64,000 bases of DNA, from the NCBI GenBank assembly GCA_040357565.1, contig JBDODJ010000007.1; one strand, 5' to 3'. The notes beneath the pieces are model-generated. The model did no database searches. It was not told where the DNA came from and saw nothing but the letters and a program-made list of their open reading frames with translations. Shown here in pieces: positions 40,425 to 54,758 of this stretch (its first letter is position 1; every line of letters begins with the position of its first letter). This DNA is from Cercozoa sp. M6MM. Lineage: Eukaryota > Protista > Endomyxa: Ascetosporea. A program made the position numbers and the translations under genes.

Positions 40425-43400
40425 ATGTGGCTAAGCAAGCAGGTGGCGCTGTACGCGCAGTACATTAGTGATGGCTCGCGGCCACAGGTAGGAAAACCTG
40501 CTACTAGAGATTGCTGTCCCTATCCTATGTCTTGCTTGTGCTCAGTTGATGCTGTTTTTCGCTTTCGTTTTGTTCGCACTGGCGCTGATCAGCAACGTGG
40601 CGTGGCAGGCGAGCGACGACCTAGTGACTGCGCTCGATGTGCGCAAAGAGAACTTCAAACGCAAGGTTTTCGACAGTCTGAACTATTTCCACAGCTTCGA
40701 CTCCGAGTATCAAACCTGTAAAATACTGTTCTACTATTCTTGAGGTACTGCTGTATCTGCAGGGTGCACTCTTTTCTGGACGATGCGATCGATGTGATCA
40801 TGACGCGCACACAAGCCGACGACAAGAACCTTCTCTCACAGCGCGGTGTCGATGCGCTGTTCGCCGGAGTGGCGGTGCTCGCAGGCATCGAGGCCGATGT
40901 TCGCTACGTTGCGGATCTGAGCGCGCCGGTACTGGAGCCGCCGTCGACAGGCGCTCTAGCACAGACGAAGGATTTTGTCGATGTCGATGCCAAGCTGGGC
41001 AACCTGCAGCGACACCTGCAGGGACTGAAGACGGCGTTCTATCGGCAAAGTACGGTGGTCCGACGTCGCTTGCGCTACGTCGATCTGTGTCGGCGTCGTG
41101 GTCTCGGTAACGGCGTCGTAGTGGGCGACTTCAATGCCAAGACGTCGATGTGCGTCGTCCAGGGTCTGCCCGAACAAGTATGTTCCCTTTTGTTCTCAGC
41201 TCGATGTCTGTGTTCCACCCTTCGATTGGTGCACTGCAGCTGAACAACGATCCCAGTCACTTTGACGAACGGCGCGAGCAGCTGTGCTTCGACCCGCTAC
41301 TGTCGGCAGGCTTCTTTGGCGGCAATATCACGATCGGTCGCGGCTCTGACTTTTGTCGCACACAGAGCATGTTCTTGTTTGGCAACGGGAGCACTACAAC
41401 AACCACACCACCATCACCACCATCACCACCAACAACAACAACAGCGACCAACACAACGACAACACCAGTGACGGCAAACACTACGGCACCCATCAACATA
41501 ACAACTGTACCGATTGGCAACGTCTCCCGAGCGGCACCGAATCTGCAGGCCTCGAGCGACCGGCAACGTGGAGAACACTTGCCGAAAGACGCTTTCGCTC
41601 GTGATGCGTTCGTTCAATCGGCTACCGCGCTGCGTGTGCGCATGCTAGTCGATGCGAGTATGTTGGCCTCTTTTTTATCCCGTGTTTACCTCAAAATCCT
41701 TGCCTTCTAGGTCGAGTGGTATCAGCACGTTGGGTGCTGGCCTGGATGAAAGCACTGCGCCAATCGATACAAGACGGAGTGCTGCAACCTGTGGAAGATG
41801 AGTACGGCGTGAAGTTTGAGGTGCGCATGCCTCGCGACCTGTCCACCGAGTCGACGTATGCCTTGCTGGACGACGCGTGGGTGTTCGCTCTCGTGTTTGG
41901 AAGTGCCGCCATAGTGTCGGGTGTGTTCTTCGTTGTCAAGTTTCGCAAGGCGTGGCTGCCGGCTAATGAGCGTCCTTCGCGCGAGCACACGGTCCTGGTG
42001 CCTCGGAACGAAGCCGCTGCCACGCGCGAGATGGTGCGCAACTTTTACGAACGGCGTCAACGCAGATCTCATGCTTACTCGATGTCACACTCGCCGAGTG
42101 GCACACGCAGCAACCTCCGAGGCGGTGGTCTTTGGGCTCGCATAAGTCGCATTCGCGTGCGTTTCCGACGGCACGAAGCCGATGACACAGAGATCGACAC
42201 GTCTGTTACTGGCACTACTGCCACAGCTACCGAGACAGATACGATCACACAAACCACCAGCCAAACTACCACACAAACTACGACACAAACGAGCATGCAA
42301 ACCACCACACAGACGACAACGAAAACAGAGACTGAAACAGAAACGACGAGCGAAGAGAGTGAGAAGAGTGTCGGAGAGTACCTCGGTGACCACCTCGTGT
42401 TCCGAATCTGGACCTTTCTGGCCATGCTTGTCATGGTACCAGTGGTGTCGGCATGCGCTTTCGGATCGCTCATGCTGGTGGGTGCCTCGCTCACCGTGAT
42501 GCATATGTTCCTGCCGCTGTTCGTACTGGGACTGGCACTGCGTGCCGCCGTCTGCATGATTGTCATGCTCGAGTATGCGCCGATGTGGTGGCCGACGTCG
42601 CGTCGTGTCGCTCTTGGTGCCTATGCGGGCGTGACACCGACACTGGTGGCACAAGTGGCACTCGTCTTGGCGGCGGCATTCGCACTGGGTCTTCAGATCC
42701 AGGCCTTGTGGCAGCTCGCGCTGTCAACACTGTTCGCCTGCGTCTATGCCTTCTTTTACGTTCTACTGGTATGCATCTGCGTGTATTTAACCGTGTATAA
42801 CAGGTAACTGTAGGTATTGATTCCTTGTGCCGCACTGGATGAGCGTCGCATGACTCGCAAGTGGGCCGACGTGCACGAACTGTCGCTCATCGAAGGCGCC
42901 GGGTGGGTCGACGACGACCTGGACGCTGCACAGCGGCGCGACGATGGCGACTGGCTCGTGCAGCAGTGTCAGCTCGTAATGCAGCGACAGCTGCCTGAAC
43001 CAACGCCTCACGAGCGACACCGTATCGTTGATGTGGTACCACTTTAATTTACTGAGACGTGTGCTGACTACAGCGTTGCCTGCAGTTACGAGGTGGTGGA
43101 ACCAGACGAGGATACGAAGTGCCCTCACCCTCCAACTACGAAGAGGATGGTAGCATCGCGAACTGTTCACTAGTACTAAAAACTAGAGGCAATGTGTGAC
43201 GAGCAGACTCGCTGTCGGTGTCGTCGCTCACGGAGTTCACCGAGATCGCCAACGAGATGAAGGTTGAGCCTTTAGCGCAGAAGTTCGCCTCGCCGACGGG
43301 CAAGTTGATTTTTCTGGTGGCCCTGCTCGTGGTGCCGTGGTTCGGTTTCAACGTATGGCGCACCGCCGTGATTGACGAGCGAGAGCAGCGCGGACACTTT

Positions 43401-45015
43401 CAGGCAGCCAGTTCGCAAGGTGAGATGCCCTCTTGAACAGATTCTCTGTAAGCACGCCATGGTGCCTATCCCCGCTATGGATAGGTTTCTGGGCAAGGCA
43501 CAACGAGCGCCTCATCACCGATTTCGAGGCACCGCCCACGACTCTCGAAGTCGTCACCGACGAGTGTGTGGCCTGGTGGCAACGACAGCAGCAGCTGCAA
43601 CTGCAGGAGTTTCTGTCACTCCTGTACAAACTCGAGGGCAGCGACGACCGCGCCATCCTGCAGCGCGTCGATTCTTGGGTAAGAACTTACATCTATATTT
43701 ACAAAGAGCCCCGTCCTTTTATGGTGCGACGCTTTAGTTGCTCGACCTGCTGTCACGCAAGCCCGAGTTGAACCACCTGCGACAAGAGCCGGGTGGCAGC
43801 GGCGAGGCAGACAGTGACCTGGTGCCTCCTGCGCCCAACGCTTTCAACGATTTCTTCGACACTGACGGCCGTGTTCTTCTTCAGTACTGTCAGCTCTAAA
43901 GTTAAGATGACGTAGCTTGTGATGTTGATTGTACCTGGAGTGTCCGTGTAGAGACGGAAACAGTGCCTTGGAAGACGAGGAAAGAAGGAGGTTTTTTGCT
44001 GCATTGGATGACCTGCGCGCGAGCAATGCCACGTTCCACGCAATCTACCGCAGCAACGCGCGAGACACTGCGCTTCACGATTCCGAAGTGCTCAACGACG
44101 ACGACGAGCCTCTTCAACAGAGTCGCTGTATTCGAGCCTCGCGTTTCTACTACACCTACGCCGAGTCGCGTCGCAACATTGAAACACTCAGTGTCACGAC
44201 CTACCGCGAGTCCAAAGAGCTACCCTCTCGTACAGGTACTGCAGAATCCTCTCGGTTTTAAACACGGAGTTGGCTTACAATTTTGACGGGAGGCAGACTT
44301 GCCAATAAAGATCTGGCGCAATGACTTTGCCGTGACGGCAGGACTCGAGCGAACAGCCGAGTCCACTTGGCAAATGGGTCTACTGATTGCAGGTAAAATA
44401 CTCTTCGGCGAGGGTGTCTTGGACAGCGAGGTTCCTGTAGGTGGAGCGATCGTCGGTGTCTTTGTCACCCTGTCTCCCAAGGTGATTGCTCTGACGGCCG
44501 CCTTGCTTCCGGTAGCAACGGCAGTGTCCATCGTGTGTGTCGTGGGTGGTTCCGAACTCTGGGCCGAGGATCTCGGTATATGGCTGCTGCTGCACCTGCT
44601 GCTTGTGCTCTTGCTGCTCGTGGACATTGTCGTGAGTGTCGTGACCGCTGCATCCTTGTATGGCCGGCCGGTATCGCTACCAACTTGAGTTTGTTTCCAC
44701 CCGGTACAGAAGTAGAAAACTCTTGTTGATGTGCAGGACCCCGACAAAGGCAATGGCGAGCTGCGACACACCCTGCCGCGAGAGGTGATGAAGAGCGTCG
44801 TGTTCCCACGCCTCGTTGTGCTGATGCTCCTGCTGGTAGCATCGCTGTTCCTCTTCATCAGCGACGTTGGCGCCATCGACTTGTTCGCCAAGGTGTCGGC
44901 ACTAGCCATGCCGATGGTATTCTTCGTGTGCGCTCTTGCTTTTACGGCCGAACTCGTGTTTTCACGCACGAAGGTTCGGCTGTCTCACTGGCAGCTTCGG
45001 GTGCAACCCAAATAG
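40425..45015 (+). CDS. Patched/NPC1-like multipass membrane protein (RND superfamily, divergent sterol-sensing domain)
   Basis: Topology TM1, large luminal loop, ~5 TM ending PCAALDERR, TM, second luminal loop, ~5 TM; Thr-rich inserts. Confidence 0.65.
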
Positions 45016-45279
45016 ACTCGACAAAGTATAACCGATCGACATGTATCGTACGATGATGTTCCGCTACACGTACGTCGTTAAGTGCTGACGTGGACTAAGC
45101 GCGACGGTCAACTGAAGTAAGTTAAGCACGAAGCTGGCGTAGGCGGTGCCTGACGTGAAGTGACTCCGACACCTCTGCGTCACGGTCTCACTTAAAAAAG
45201 TACTAGTGCGTGACTGAGTGGACATGGCCTGACACGCTCGATTAAATGACGTGTAAAACCACCTCAAAGCGAGATTCAG

Positions 45280-47574
45280 CTAACTTGCAAGTTTCTTCTC
45301 ACGCTGCCGTGCGAGCTCTTCTTCTGTCAAAGCACAGGGCAACCATCGAGATTAACCAGGACTCGGTGTTGCGTTGTGTATACAGTCAAACAGGGGAATG
45401 CAAGCTCAACTTACTCTGTCGCTGGCGTCGTCGGCGCCTTTGTTCGCGCAGCACAGCCTCCTCACGTTCGTTGTGAGGGGCGTACTGCAGTGTGTGTAAA
45501 GTGCACAAGGGTGAAAGCACGAAAGCTATCGTACCATGCGTCGCTTGCGCTGCTTTTTGCGCGAACTGGTGGTGGGCATGCAGGTGCGCATCGAGAATTG
45601 CGCCACGTAGATGAAGGAACCAATCACTGTACTCATTTGTGTTAGGTGGACACAGGAAGAGGCTGGACTTCCTTTTTTTTTAAAGAATAATTTACGCTTG
45701 AAAGAATTCATCACAATGAACGCAAACAGAATGCCGACGAGGTAGACTCTACAGAACACACCGGTACATTTAGTCCTCTGTCATTTGGTACTTGTATTTC
45801 CCTTGTACCCTGGAGTGTTGATGGCAACAACAGTGCCCACGAGGAGTCTGTGACACAAGAAAGCAGGTAGACAGGTATGTGTGTTATACTTATGACTGTT
45901 TGAAACAGTACGTGTTGCTCAGCAACCAAGCCCACAGCACTTGCGATCGGAAAAGTTTGAAGCTCTCGCGGAACTTGTGTTCGTTCACACGTTCCACCTC
46001 TGCACACAGTCTCTCACGATGACACCCCTTCAAGTTTCCACAGGCAACAGTTTACCCGCGTCGGCAAGTTCGTCCAGCAGCTGCGTGCGACGCAGTCGTT
46101 CTTCGAAGGCATCGGCGTCGTCGCCACGATCACGATGGACTCTGCCTCCCTGCGTCTCACGGACATACGCCTTGAAGCAACAGCAGCAGTAGACAGGCAA
46201 CACAGTTTGTTACCACGTGAATGGCGAAGATGTTCTGTTGCGATGTGCGACCTGCCTGGGCCGAGGCTCGTGCCTGTGGAAGCAAGTGGTCATCGCTATC
46301 TTTAGAGTAAGTTGAAGACAGACCTGCTGTCGACTGCCCCAACTGACGTCGTGCAGGTTCGCGAATGCGAACATGTGCAGCACGTTCACAAAGACCGGCA
46401 GCATCAGGAAGTACCTTTTGATCATTCTCAGTAAATTCAGACAGCGCAGAAGGACAGAGAAAGTACTGAAGCATGGAGGAAGCAACACTCCACAACTCGC
46501 CGTGCAGCAGACCTGCCAGCAGATAAACACCGAAACTGAACGTGACACCGAGGATCAGCACCCTACAGACAGACACGCACACACAGTTCATACTTGGTAC
46601 CACACAGGTAGTATGTGCGTGTGTGCGTGAGTGTGTGTGTGTATGTGTGCGTCAGTGTGTGTGTACGTGTGTGTGTATGTGTGTGTGTATGTGTGTCACC
46701 AGAACTCGAGACTGTCGATGGAGAAGTCAATGTCGCGTTGAATCAGATTCACTGTCGACGCAAAGAACACGACGACGAGCGACCCGAAGAACAAGGCCGA
46801 AATTCTATCATTCAGTTTTACAAAATACAAATGCCACCACTCTATGGGAGGGAGGTACCGATGTACTCCAGCCACAAAGCGCGGGTCGTTGTTGCCGAGT
46901 CCAAACACAAGTTGCAGCAGCAGCAAGGACAGGTATACCGCCAAAGGTGCAAAGCCCATCACCTCTACACCACACATACAAGTCAGAACACGGTTTTGAT
47001 TGACACAGCAGGAGCATATCTGAACTAACTGAACACGGCGCCGTCGGCAGACGACGACAGCGGCACATGCACCACGTAAAAAAAGGCGAGGAAGAAGTTG
47101 CCCAACTGCGTTGGCATTGGCACGCAGTACTCATATAAAAGATAACGTGGATGTGTAGGTATGCAGTACCATAAACCAACCGGCAGCAATGACGAGCAGC
47201 GAGTACATAAAGTAGGTGCTCAGCATGATTTTGAAGATACAGGAGTGCGCCTGCAGACACGGCATCTTACACTCGCCGAGAGCAAGAGAGAGGACAGGAG
47301 AATGCGAGAGAGAAACTGACCGACTTGCGCCAGAAGCGACCGAACTGGGACAGCGTGTACACCAGGGCAAAGAAGGAACCTGAGGCACCACAGTATCGCT
47401 CTCTGTCTTCCTATCTCTCTCTTGGTCAATCTACCATTGAGCCATCGGCGTCGTTGCTTGATGAGCGACGGCAGGTCCTCGGGAATGTCCGTGTGCGCCA
47501 CGGCATCGCGCACGTAGCGAGTGACCCACTTGCGACCTGCAGACGAACATACGTGAGGCAGCGACACACACACA

Positions 47575-47628
<54 letters not shown>

Positions 47629-47638
47629 NNNNNNNNNN

Positions 47639-47689
<51 letters not shown>

Positions 47690-47809
47690 TTAGTCAGGCT
47701 AGCTAGGTGAGTCAAGTTAGTTGAGTCAACCTGGTGCAGCAAGGAGTTCCGCACACAGCACACGATCTATAACAAGGGAGATGCGTCCATTAAATTCCTC
47801 TTGAGTCAA

Positions 47810-47841
<32 letters not shown>

Positions 47842-49332
47842 GTGCAGTATATGTACCTTCAGCAAGGTAGAGATTCGCCGTGAAGGGATTCACCTTGTGC
47901 TGTGGCTGCGTGATACTCGCAAAGTACGCCACCAGCGGGCCACTCGCCTTACGATCGGGCGCTCCTTCCTCCGGGTCGTTCTCGCCGCCGGTCTGAGTTG
48001 GGTACTCGCGAATGGCGCTCCAACTGACGGATTTTATACATACAATATAAATATAATTATATATCTAAACATGGATAGATACATAAGGTCAATGTACCGA
48101 TAGGCAGAGAAAGCACCGGGCAGCACCGTAAGGAAACCGAACACTGACTCCTGCGAGTGCTCAGTGTAAGGGCCAGGCAGTTAAAACAAGCAGAAAGTGT
48201 ACCATCGCCTTCTCCAAAATGTTGGCAGCCTTGTACTCAAACACCTAACATCACACAGACCCTGTTGGCTTAGACCTAGACACATAGCGGGGTACCTGTG
48301 CAGCAACGACAAAGTTCGTCAGTTTCGGCGCATGCGCAGCAATCTGGCCCGTCACTCCGGCCACTGTATGTGGCGCCTTTGAGTTGATACACACGACAGT
48401 GTCTCTAACTCGAGTCAGTGTACCTTGCTTGTCCTCCTCGAGTCGATCAAAGACACGCCACATTGCCATTGGTTTCGGCAGTGTTCCCATGTCGAGAGTC
48501 CAGGTGTACTTGGGAGCCAGTTGTGTGCTGGGACCCAAGGGATTATATGCAAGCATCCACTGATGGTGAGAAACACAGCCACCAGTGATCGTTACCAGAT
48601 GCCATTGAAGAACCAAAGATGCGAATGCAACTTGCCGCTGTTTTGTGCCTTGACACACAACACCAGCTGCATCGGTGCGTAGTAAGTCTGCTCGCTGATG
48701 GACTCGGTCATCTCAAGAGTCACTTCAAACACGTGCAGTTGCACCTGCACAGACACGCTGTATCTCACCCTCCCCAGTCAACCTATCTAGAGTACCGGTA
48801 AATTGTTCTCATGTGTGCGCAACATGGCCGTGTCAAAGGCACCGAGCAGCTGCAGATGCATCTGTGCGCGTTGATCCATCTGTAACACACAAACACATAC
48901 ACACGCATATATATAATGTGCTGTCGCAGAAAACTGAAGCGCAAGAGGTGTACTTCTTCGAGTCCATCAATGAGCACAACAACGACTGAGTGTTTCCATG
49001 CCTCGCTTCCTGGGAAACACAGCAATGATAGTACACACAGGCAGTACACGTCAGTTTGTGCACCTTGCATACGACAGAACGACTGCATGTTGGCTCCTTC
49101 GTAATACATCAACCTCTCAAAGTTATGCGTGTACGACTGATATGAGACAACGCACCAAGAGCTTGCAGTGTCTGCTGCACAAGGTCCCAGTCCTCGTTAT
49201 ACATTGTGACGCCGATACAGTTGTCGATGTGTCGGCCCATTTCTTGACACCGCAATTTGTAGCCATCGACACCCAGGTGAATCGGGTTCTGCGTCGTCAC
49301 AGGCTAACAAACAAGCACATGTACACACGTGC

Positions 49333-49371
<39 letters not shown>

Positions 49372-50093
49372 AGTTGTACCGTGTAGCGTAGAAGGTCGAA
49401 CTCGCCTGCATCGACGCCGTTCTGTCAGAGACCAGAGCACTGTCTATCAGAGAGTACAAGGTAGCACTTGCAAGGGTTTACCAACTCAGCGTCGTGATCG
49501 AGTGCGTCGTTGATTGCAACAAGATCCTCGCCCAGCTCATGTCCCTTCACACAGAGGGTTCTTACAGTACTGTGCAGTTAGTTTCCATGCTACAACTGGC
49601 TTGGTGACACCCGTATCGAATGTACTCACTTCGAGAAACTCATCGGGCTCGTTCAGCGACGACACCTGCATGTGTAGATGGAGGAAGTGTACCCTGAGAC
49701 AGTAGAAACGTGTGTCTGTACAGAGAGTGACTGCAAGTCCTCTTCGATTTCGGGCGGCAACCGACCGCCTCCGCGCATGCTGGCTAGTTGACTACAGGGA
49801 GAGGTGAGTACACCAGGGTAGGAACAACAGTTTTGATGTACCCATCTCGTTCCTTGCTGGCTTGTCGTGACATCGAAACCGCACGCGAGATCGAAGTCGT
49901 TGCTTTCGAAGCTGGAAGTAAAAACAAAGCACTGGAGTCTACAGTCAGACAGCAGGCTGCAAGAGTAAAAAGTGAAGAAAGCACCTGCACGAGAACGAAC
50001 TCGCAGTTGCATCGGTGCATCTTCGGGCTGCTGACTCACGCTGCTGCGCCGGCGGACCTCCTTCACACTGGCACTGTAGTGCTTCTTCGACAT
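45280..50093 (-). CDS. CHS: Chitin synthase (GT2, division-1-like), multi-exon
   Basis: TMYNED, [11 protein letters not shown], [38 protein letters not shown]|[32 protein letters not shown]; C-terminal TM helices. Confidence 0.93.
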
Positions 50094-50568
50094 CCCTCCT
50101 GTGTGAGGAACAAATCAATTATTGTGTCGGTATTTGAGAAGAAAAACAGGTGGACCAAGTGATGCCGCAACTGAATAATACCGCGTGCTCGACACCCCCA
50201 AACTGGAGGCTACACGGCGTGTAGGTACTGACCGCTGTTTACCTGGATCTCGTTCGGTAGCGCGGAAAACGCATCACTAAGTGCGAAGAAACGCCCGAGT
50301 TCGCAGACACGAAACATTGGTAGGATTAATCTCAAATCTGGGGTGGTACAGTAGCAGTGAACCTACCGTTGTGGCAAAGGCAAAGCAGTAACCAACACCT
50401 CATTCAGTTGGAGCTTGAACTGCTTGCGCATGTCAAAATTTCAGTGCGATCTATAATTCGTAGAGCACTAAATGTGGGGCTGGTCGTATCGGCTCAGCCG
50501 GCTCAAAAGAGCCGAAATAAATGAAATCTCTCGTTGAGAGTACAGCTTGAATGAATGTGCTGTGAGCG

Positions 50569-51316
50569 ATGAGCAGTATCGCATTTAATCTCTGTGAGGA
50601 GGTTTTGCAGCTTCTGCGCGTAGGTTTTGTCACCAAATTTCACTTTCACTTTTGGCGGTTCCACATTGCGGTGTTCTTTTTGTTTTGTTTGCGTTGCGTG
50701 CCTTGTTTTCATTCTTTGACTCCTTGGATGTGTGTGTTGTTGTGTGCAGCAACACCCAGAGGCGGGTCCGTTTCTGGAGCCAGTGGACTGGAAGAAATAC
50801 AATGTTCCCGACTACCCACGCATCGTGAAGCACCCGATGGATCTCGGTATGATGTGGGTTTCATTAGTTCGTTTGCACGCAGAGAGAAACTGCCCCTCCC
50901 CGAATGTGCAGGAACAGTAGCGAACAAGTTGAGCTCGAATGAGTACGGCACGTGCAAAGAGTTCGCCGAGGACGTGCGACTTGTCTGGCGCAATGCCATG
51001 CTGTAGAACAGCTTTGTGTTGAGTCAGTATGCTTGTGTGGTATGCTCTGTATTTCGGTTGCGTCATAGCTTCAATCGATCCGGCTCAGCGATTTACAATG
51101 CCGCCGAAAAGCTCTGTAATCTCTCTTGTCTGTGCCTGTTGGTTTAGCAGTCGATGTGTTCTGTTGCCACGCAGCCAAACTGTTCGAACGCAAGTACCAG
51201 CAGGTCGTCACGAAAGTACAGAATTCGATGAAGCAACGGCAACAGGTGTGCCACTCTCTCACACACTCACACAGTTCGCTTTGACCTCTGCACCTCTCTT
51301 GTTTGTTGTTCTTGTT

Positions 51317-51374
<58 letters not shown>

Positions 51375-51712
51375 TGAGAGTAGTCAACACACGAGGCCAC
51401 CAAGGAGGACAGACTCAAGTTCTCGCAGCTCATCCGGCAACTCGACAGTACGGCACTCGCACGTGTCATTGACGTCATCGAACAGCGGTGTCCACAAGCA
51501 CTGCGCGAGGACAATGCCGAGGCCATCGAGATCGAGGTCTTTGCCATCGATGCCGTCGTTCTGCTCAAGCTGAACGAGTCCATGGAGGTACGCTCAAGCG
51601 CATCTGCTGTCCCTTGTCTGTGTGAGCTTTTTCTTTACCGGACGCGACTCTGCAGGTGCACTTGGAGATCGACAAGGCGGCTAAGCAAGGACAACACGCG
51701 CAGTCTGCGTGA
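50569..51712 (+). CDS. Single-bromodomain plus NET/ET-domain protein (BET/GTE-like)
   Basis: AGPFLEPVDW..PDYPRIVKHPMDLG..FAEDVRLVWRNAML|FN; ET-like KEDRLKFSQLIRQL..LARVIDVI..EIEIEVFAID. Confidence 0.9.
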
Positions 51713-52003
51713 CCTAGTCTGGCTATATCACTGAAGTACTCGCAATAGCAGTGATCGCCATTCAGTTCGCGTTTATTTAAAAGCGAAGCAAAGCTTTTTA
51801 TGGAGTACAAAGCGGAATCTTAAGTACCTTCACTCTTTTCCGGGCTGGCGTTCTCGGCCGGTAGGCTCCAGTCCCTCGCCTGACAAATGTCAACATCTGA
51901 AGAACCAGAGATTGAGAAACAGTGAACTGAACAAGCAGAGCTACAGACTCGTGAATGTGTAGGGGTGTGCTTGTGGTGTGTATTAACATTTAAACAGCTC
52001 CAA

Positions 52004-52642
52004 ATGGGTATTGAGACAACCCCGGGCTGCGGCGAGGTATTCCATGTGTTTTTGTATTTTCGGTTTCGCAAAAGCACATGTCTCTTATGGCAACATAGCC
52101 CAGCTGCGAAAGCGTCCGCGAGCGAATGCTGGCAGGCATGAAAAAGATGAGAGACACAATGAGGTGCCAGTTGGTCAGGTGTGAGTTCTTTTTGGTGTGT
52201 AAGTGTGTGGTGTGGCGCAGTGGCGGTGTCGCAGCAACGAGTGATCGGCCGGCTTTCATCTCGATGGAGGACTTTGAGCGACTGGAGAACATGCCACCGG
52301 ACAGAGAGATGCTTGGGCGTGCCGGTAATTTTGTGTTGTAGCCAAGTAGTTCGTTTCTGGTCGTGTTGACTCGTTCTGCATTGTCTGTAGGCTGGACGAC
52401 ACTGCACAGCATGGCGGCGTACTACCCGGAGAGCGCGTCGCCCGAGCAGCAGCAGCGCACACTCGAGTTTCTGCGAAGCTTTGCGCAGCTGTACCCATGC
52501 AGGCACTGTGGCGAGCACATGCTGGCACACATCGACCGACACGTGCCTGACACGAGTGGTCGCGACGCCTTGTCGCTGTGGCTGTGCCGTGCTCACAACG
52601 AGGTGCATTTCACCTTTATCCCTCCCCCTCCCGAGGGACCGA

Positions 52643-52714
<72 letters not shown>

Positions 52715-52819
52715 CGTGTTCAGGTGAACAAGATGCTCGGCAAGCCGGTCTTTGACTGTTCGACGGTGTTGCAACGCTGGCGTGGCCTTGATGTGGTACC
52801 CTACACGGCTGCTGTGTAA
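52004..52819 (+). CDS. ERV1: Erv1/ALR FAD-linked sulfhydryl oxidase
   Basis: PPDREMLGRA|GWTTLHSMAAYYP, YPCRHC, WLCRAHNE|VNKMLGKPVFDC, RW. Confidence 0.95.
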
Positions 52820-52971
52820 CATCGGAGCAACGTCGGTTTTGTTTCTGCTTCAGAGATTGGAGGACAAGGACTTTGAGCCACTCTGATAATGACCAAACCG
52901 TCGCCTCGTTCGGTTTGGGCCGCGCCGGTTATGAATGTGACCTCCCTCACGTCGCTAGTAATGCACTGAAG

Positions 52972-53709
52972 CTAGGCAGCCTCGTCTGTGCTTGAACCAT
53001 GAGCAGTCTGTTCACTAGTACTCTGGCCATCGTTCAACTCGCGTTCCTGGGCCTCCTGGAGCTGCTTGAGGTGCTTCTTGAGGTCGCGTGCCGGTCGGAA
53101 CATGCCGCGCGTAGGTTTGTTGCAGATGGCGCATTTCGGGTTCCTCCTGTAGTGCTTCAACGCGCATGCCTCGCAAAAGTAGTGTCCGCACCTGTGACAC
53201 GCAAGCGCAAGTGCAGATACACGGAATGACAGTCGTAGGGAGAGTAGGGTACACTGTGACAATGGGCTGGTTGAAGTCGCCTTTGCACAGCGAGCACTCG
53301 GTTGGGAACTTGACGGTTTGTGCCTCTGCTGCCGCGGCTTTGGCCGGGTCGTAGTCCGGGTGGTCGGGGTGACTGCTGTCCAGTCCTCGCAAGATAGCCT
53401 CCTCGCGTTTCTTCTGCTCATGTAGCAGTCCAGACATTTATGTGAGACAAATATATATATATATATATAGGTATAAACTTCGATATATAGGCACCTCCTT
53501 CTGACGCCACTCACGATCGAGTTCATAGCCGCTCTTGTAGTCCTGCCTATCGTGAATGAACTGACACGCATCGCCGAAACTACAGTAGCCAGTCTCAAAG
53601 TAATCCTTGCAGATCTCCGGGTTGTGGTCGATTTCTGTGCTGAAGCGCACGTTGCTTTGAGGAATGCGCGGTCCGATTGCGCCGAGTGCCTGGACAATTC
53701 GAAAAGGTA

Positions 53710-53750
<41 letters not shown>

Positions 53751-53850
53751 NNNNNNNNNNNNNNNNNNNNNNNNNNNNNNNNNNNNNNNNNNNNNNNNNN
53801 NNNNNNNNNNNNNNNNNNNNNNNNNNNNNNNNNNNNNNNNNNNNNNNNNN

Positions 53851-53890
<40 letters not shown>

Positions 53891-54340
53891 ACACACACAC
53901 ACACATACACACACACACACACATACATACATACACACACATACATACACACACACACAGACAAAGCAGACAAGCCTACATCTGCTGGGCGTCTTTCGCG
54001 CTTCTCGACCACTACCGTTGTTCGTTTCGCAACGTGCTCCAGCGTGCGCTCCATCGTCGCATCCATCGTCGACTCTGCTTTAGTCGGCTCGAACGAACTA
54101 CTTCGTGCAGTAGCATCGTACACCTATCAGCAACAGTGCTTTCACAGAGACTCTCTCAGCTCACAAAAAAAAAAAAACTCATAATACAAGTTGCGGCTGG
54201 TTGGATCGCTTGTCTGTGGCTGACTTTGTTAAGGATGTGCGCGCTGATTTGCTCGCTAGACCAACGATGTCATCTGCATCCGTCGACGACGACGTCCGCT
54301 CCTTCGCGGCGCGCTTTTTTGTTCTTTTCTTGAACGGCAT
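52972..54340 (-). CDS. CWC24: Pre-mRNA splicing factor CWC24/RNF113A (CCCH plus RING)
   Basis: GPRIPQSNVRFSTEIDHNPEICKDYFETGYCSFGDACQFIHDRQDYKSGYELDREW; FPTECSLC..CGHYFCEACAL..CAIC..T.GMF. Confidence 0.95.
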
Positions 54341-54758
54341 CTCGCTGAAACAAAACACAAAAATCACCAATCTGGCGTCGAGCGATACCAGACTATACCA
54401 GAGCGGGCGTGTGTAAACTGATATTCAAATCCTTTAATGTACACGGCAGAGCTTACAGGAGCTTCAGGAGAGACGCTGTCCGAGTCTTGTAGCCATACTG
54501 TTTTTTCTTTTTGGGCGGAAAATGATCTCTCAAGTCATCATCGCACCGGCATGGTTGACCGTCCGCGCGGATCGGTCATTATTTCTAATTTTCCCAAGAG
54601 TCGCTCTCCAACTCGTTTGCTGCTTGTTCTTTCGACTGTAGAGTTGCAAACTCAGTGCTGGCCAAGCCAATTCAACTTACTGGGGCCGTCATTTGCACAA
54701 TTTTGCAAAAAGGATCCAATCCTTCGTCGTTTCCCGAGTACTTCAATTTTAGTCCACG

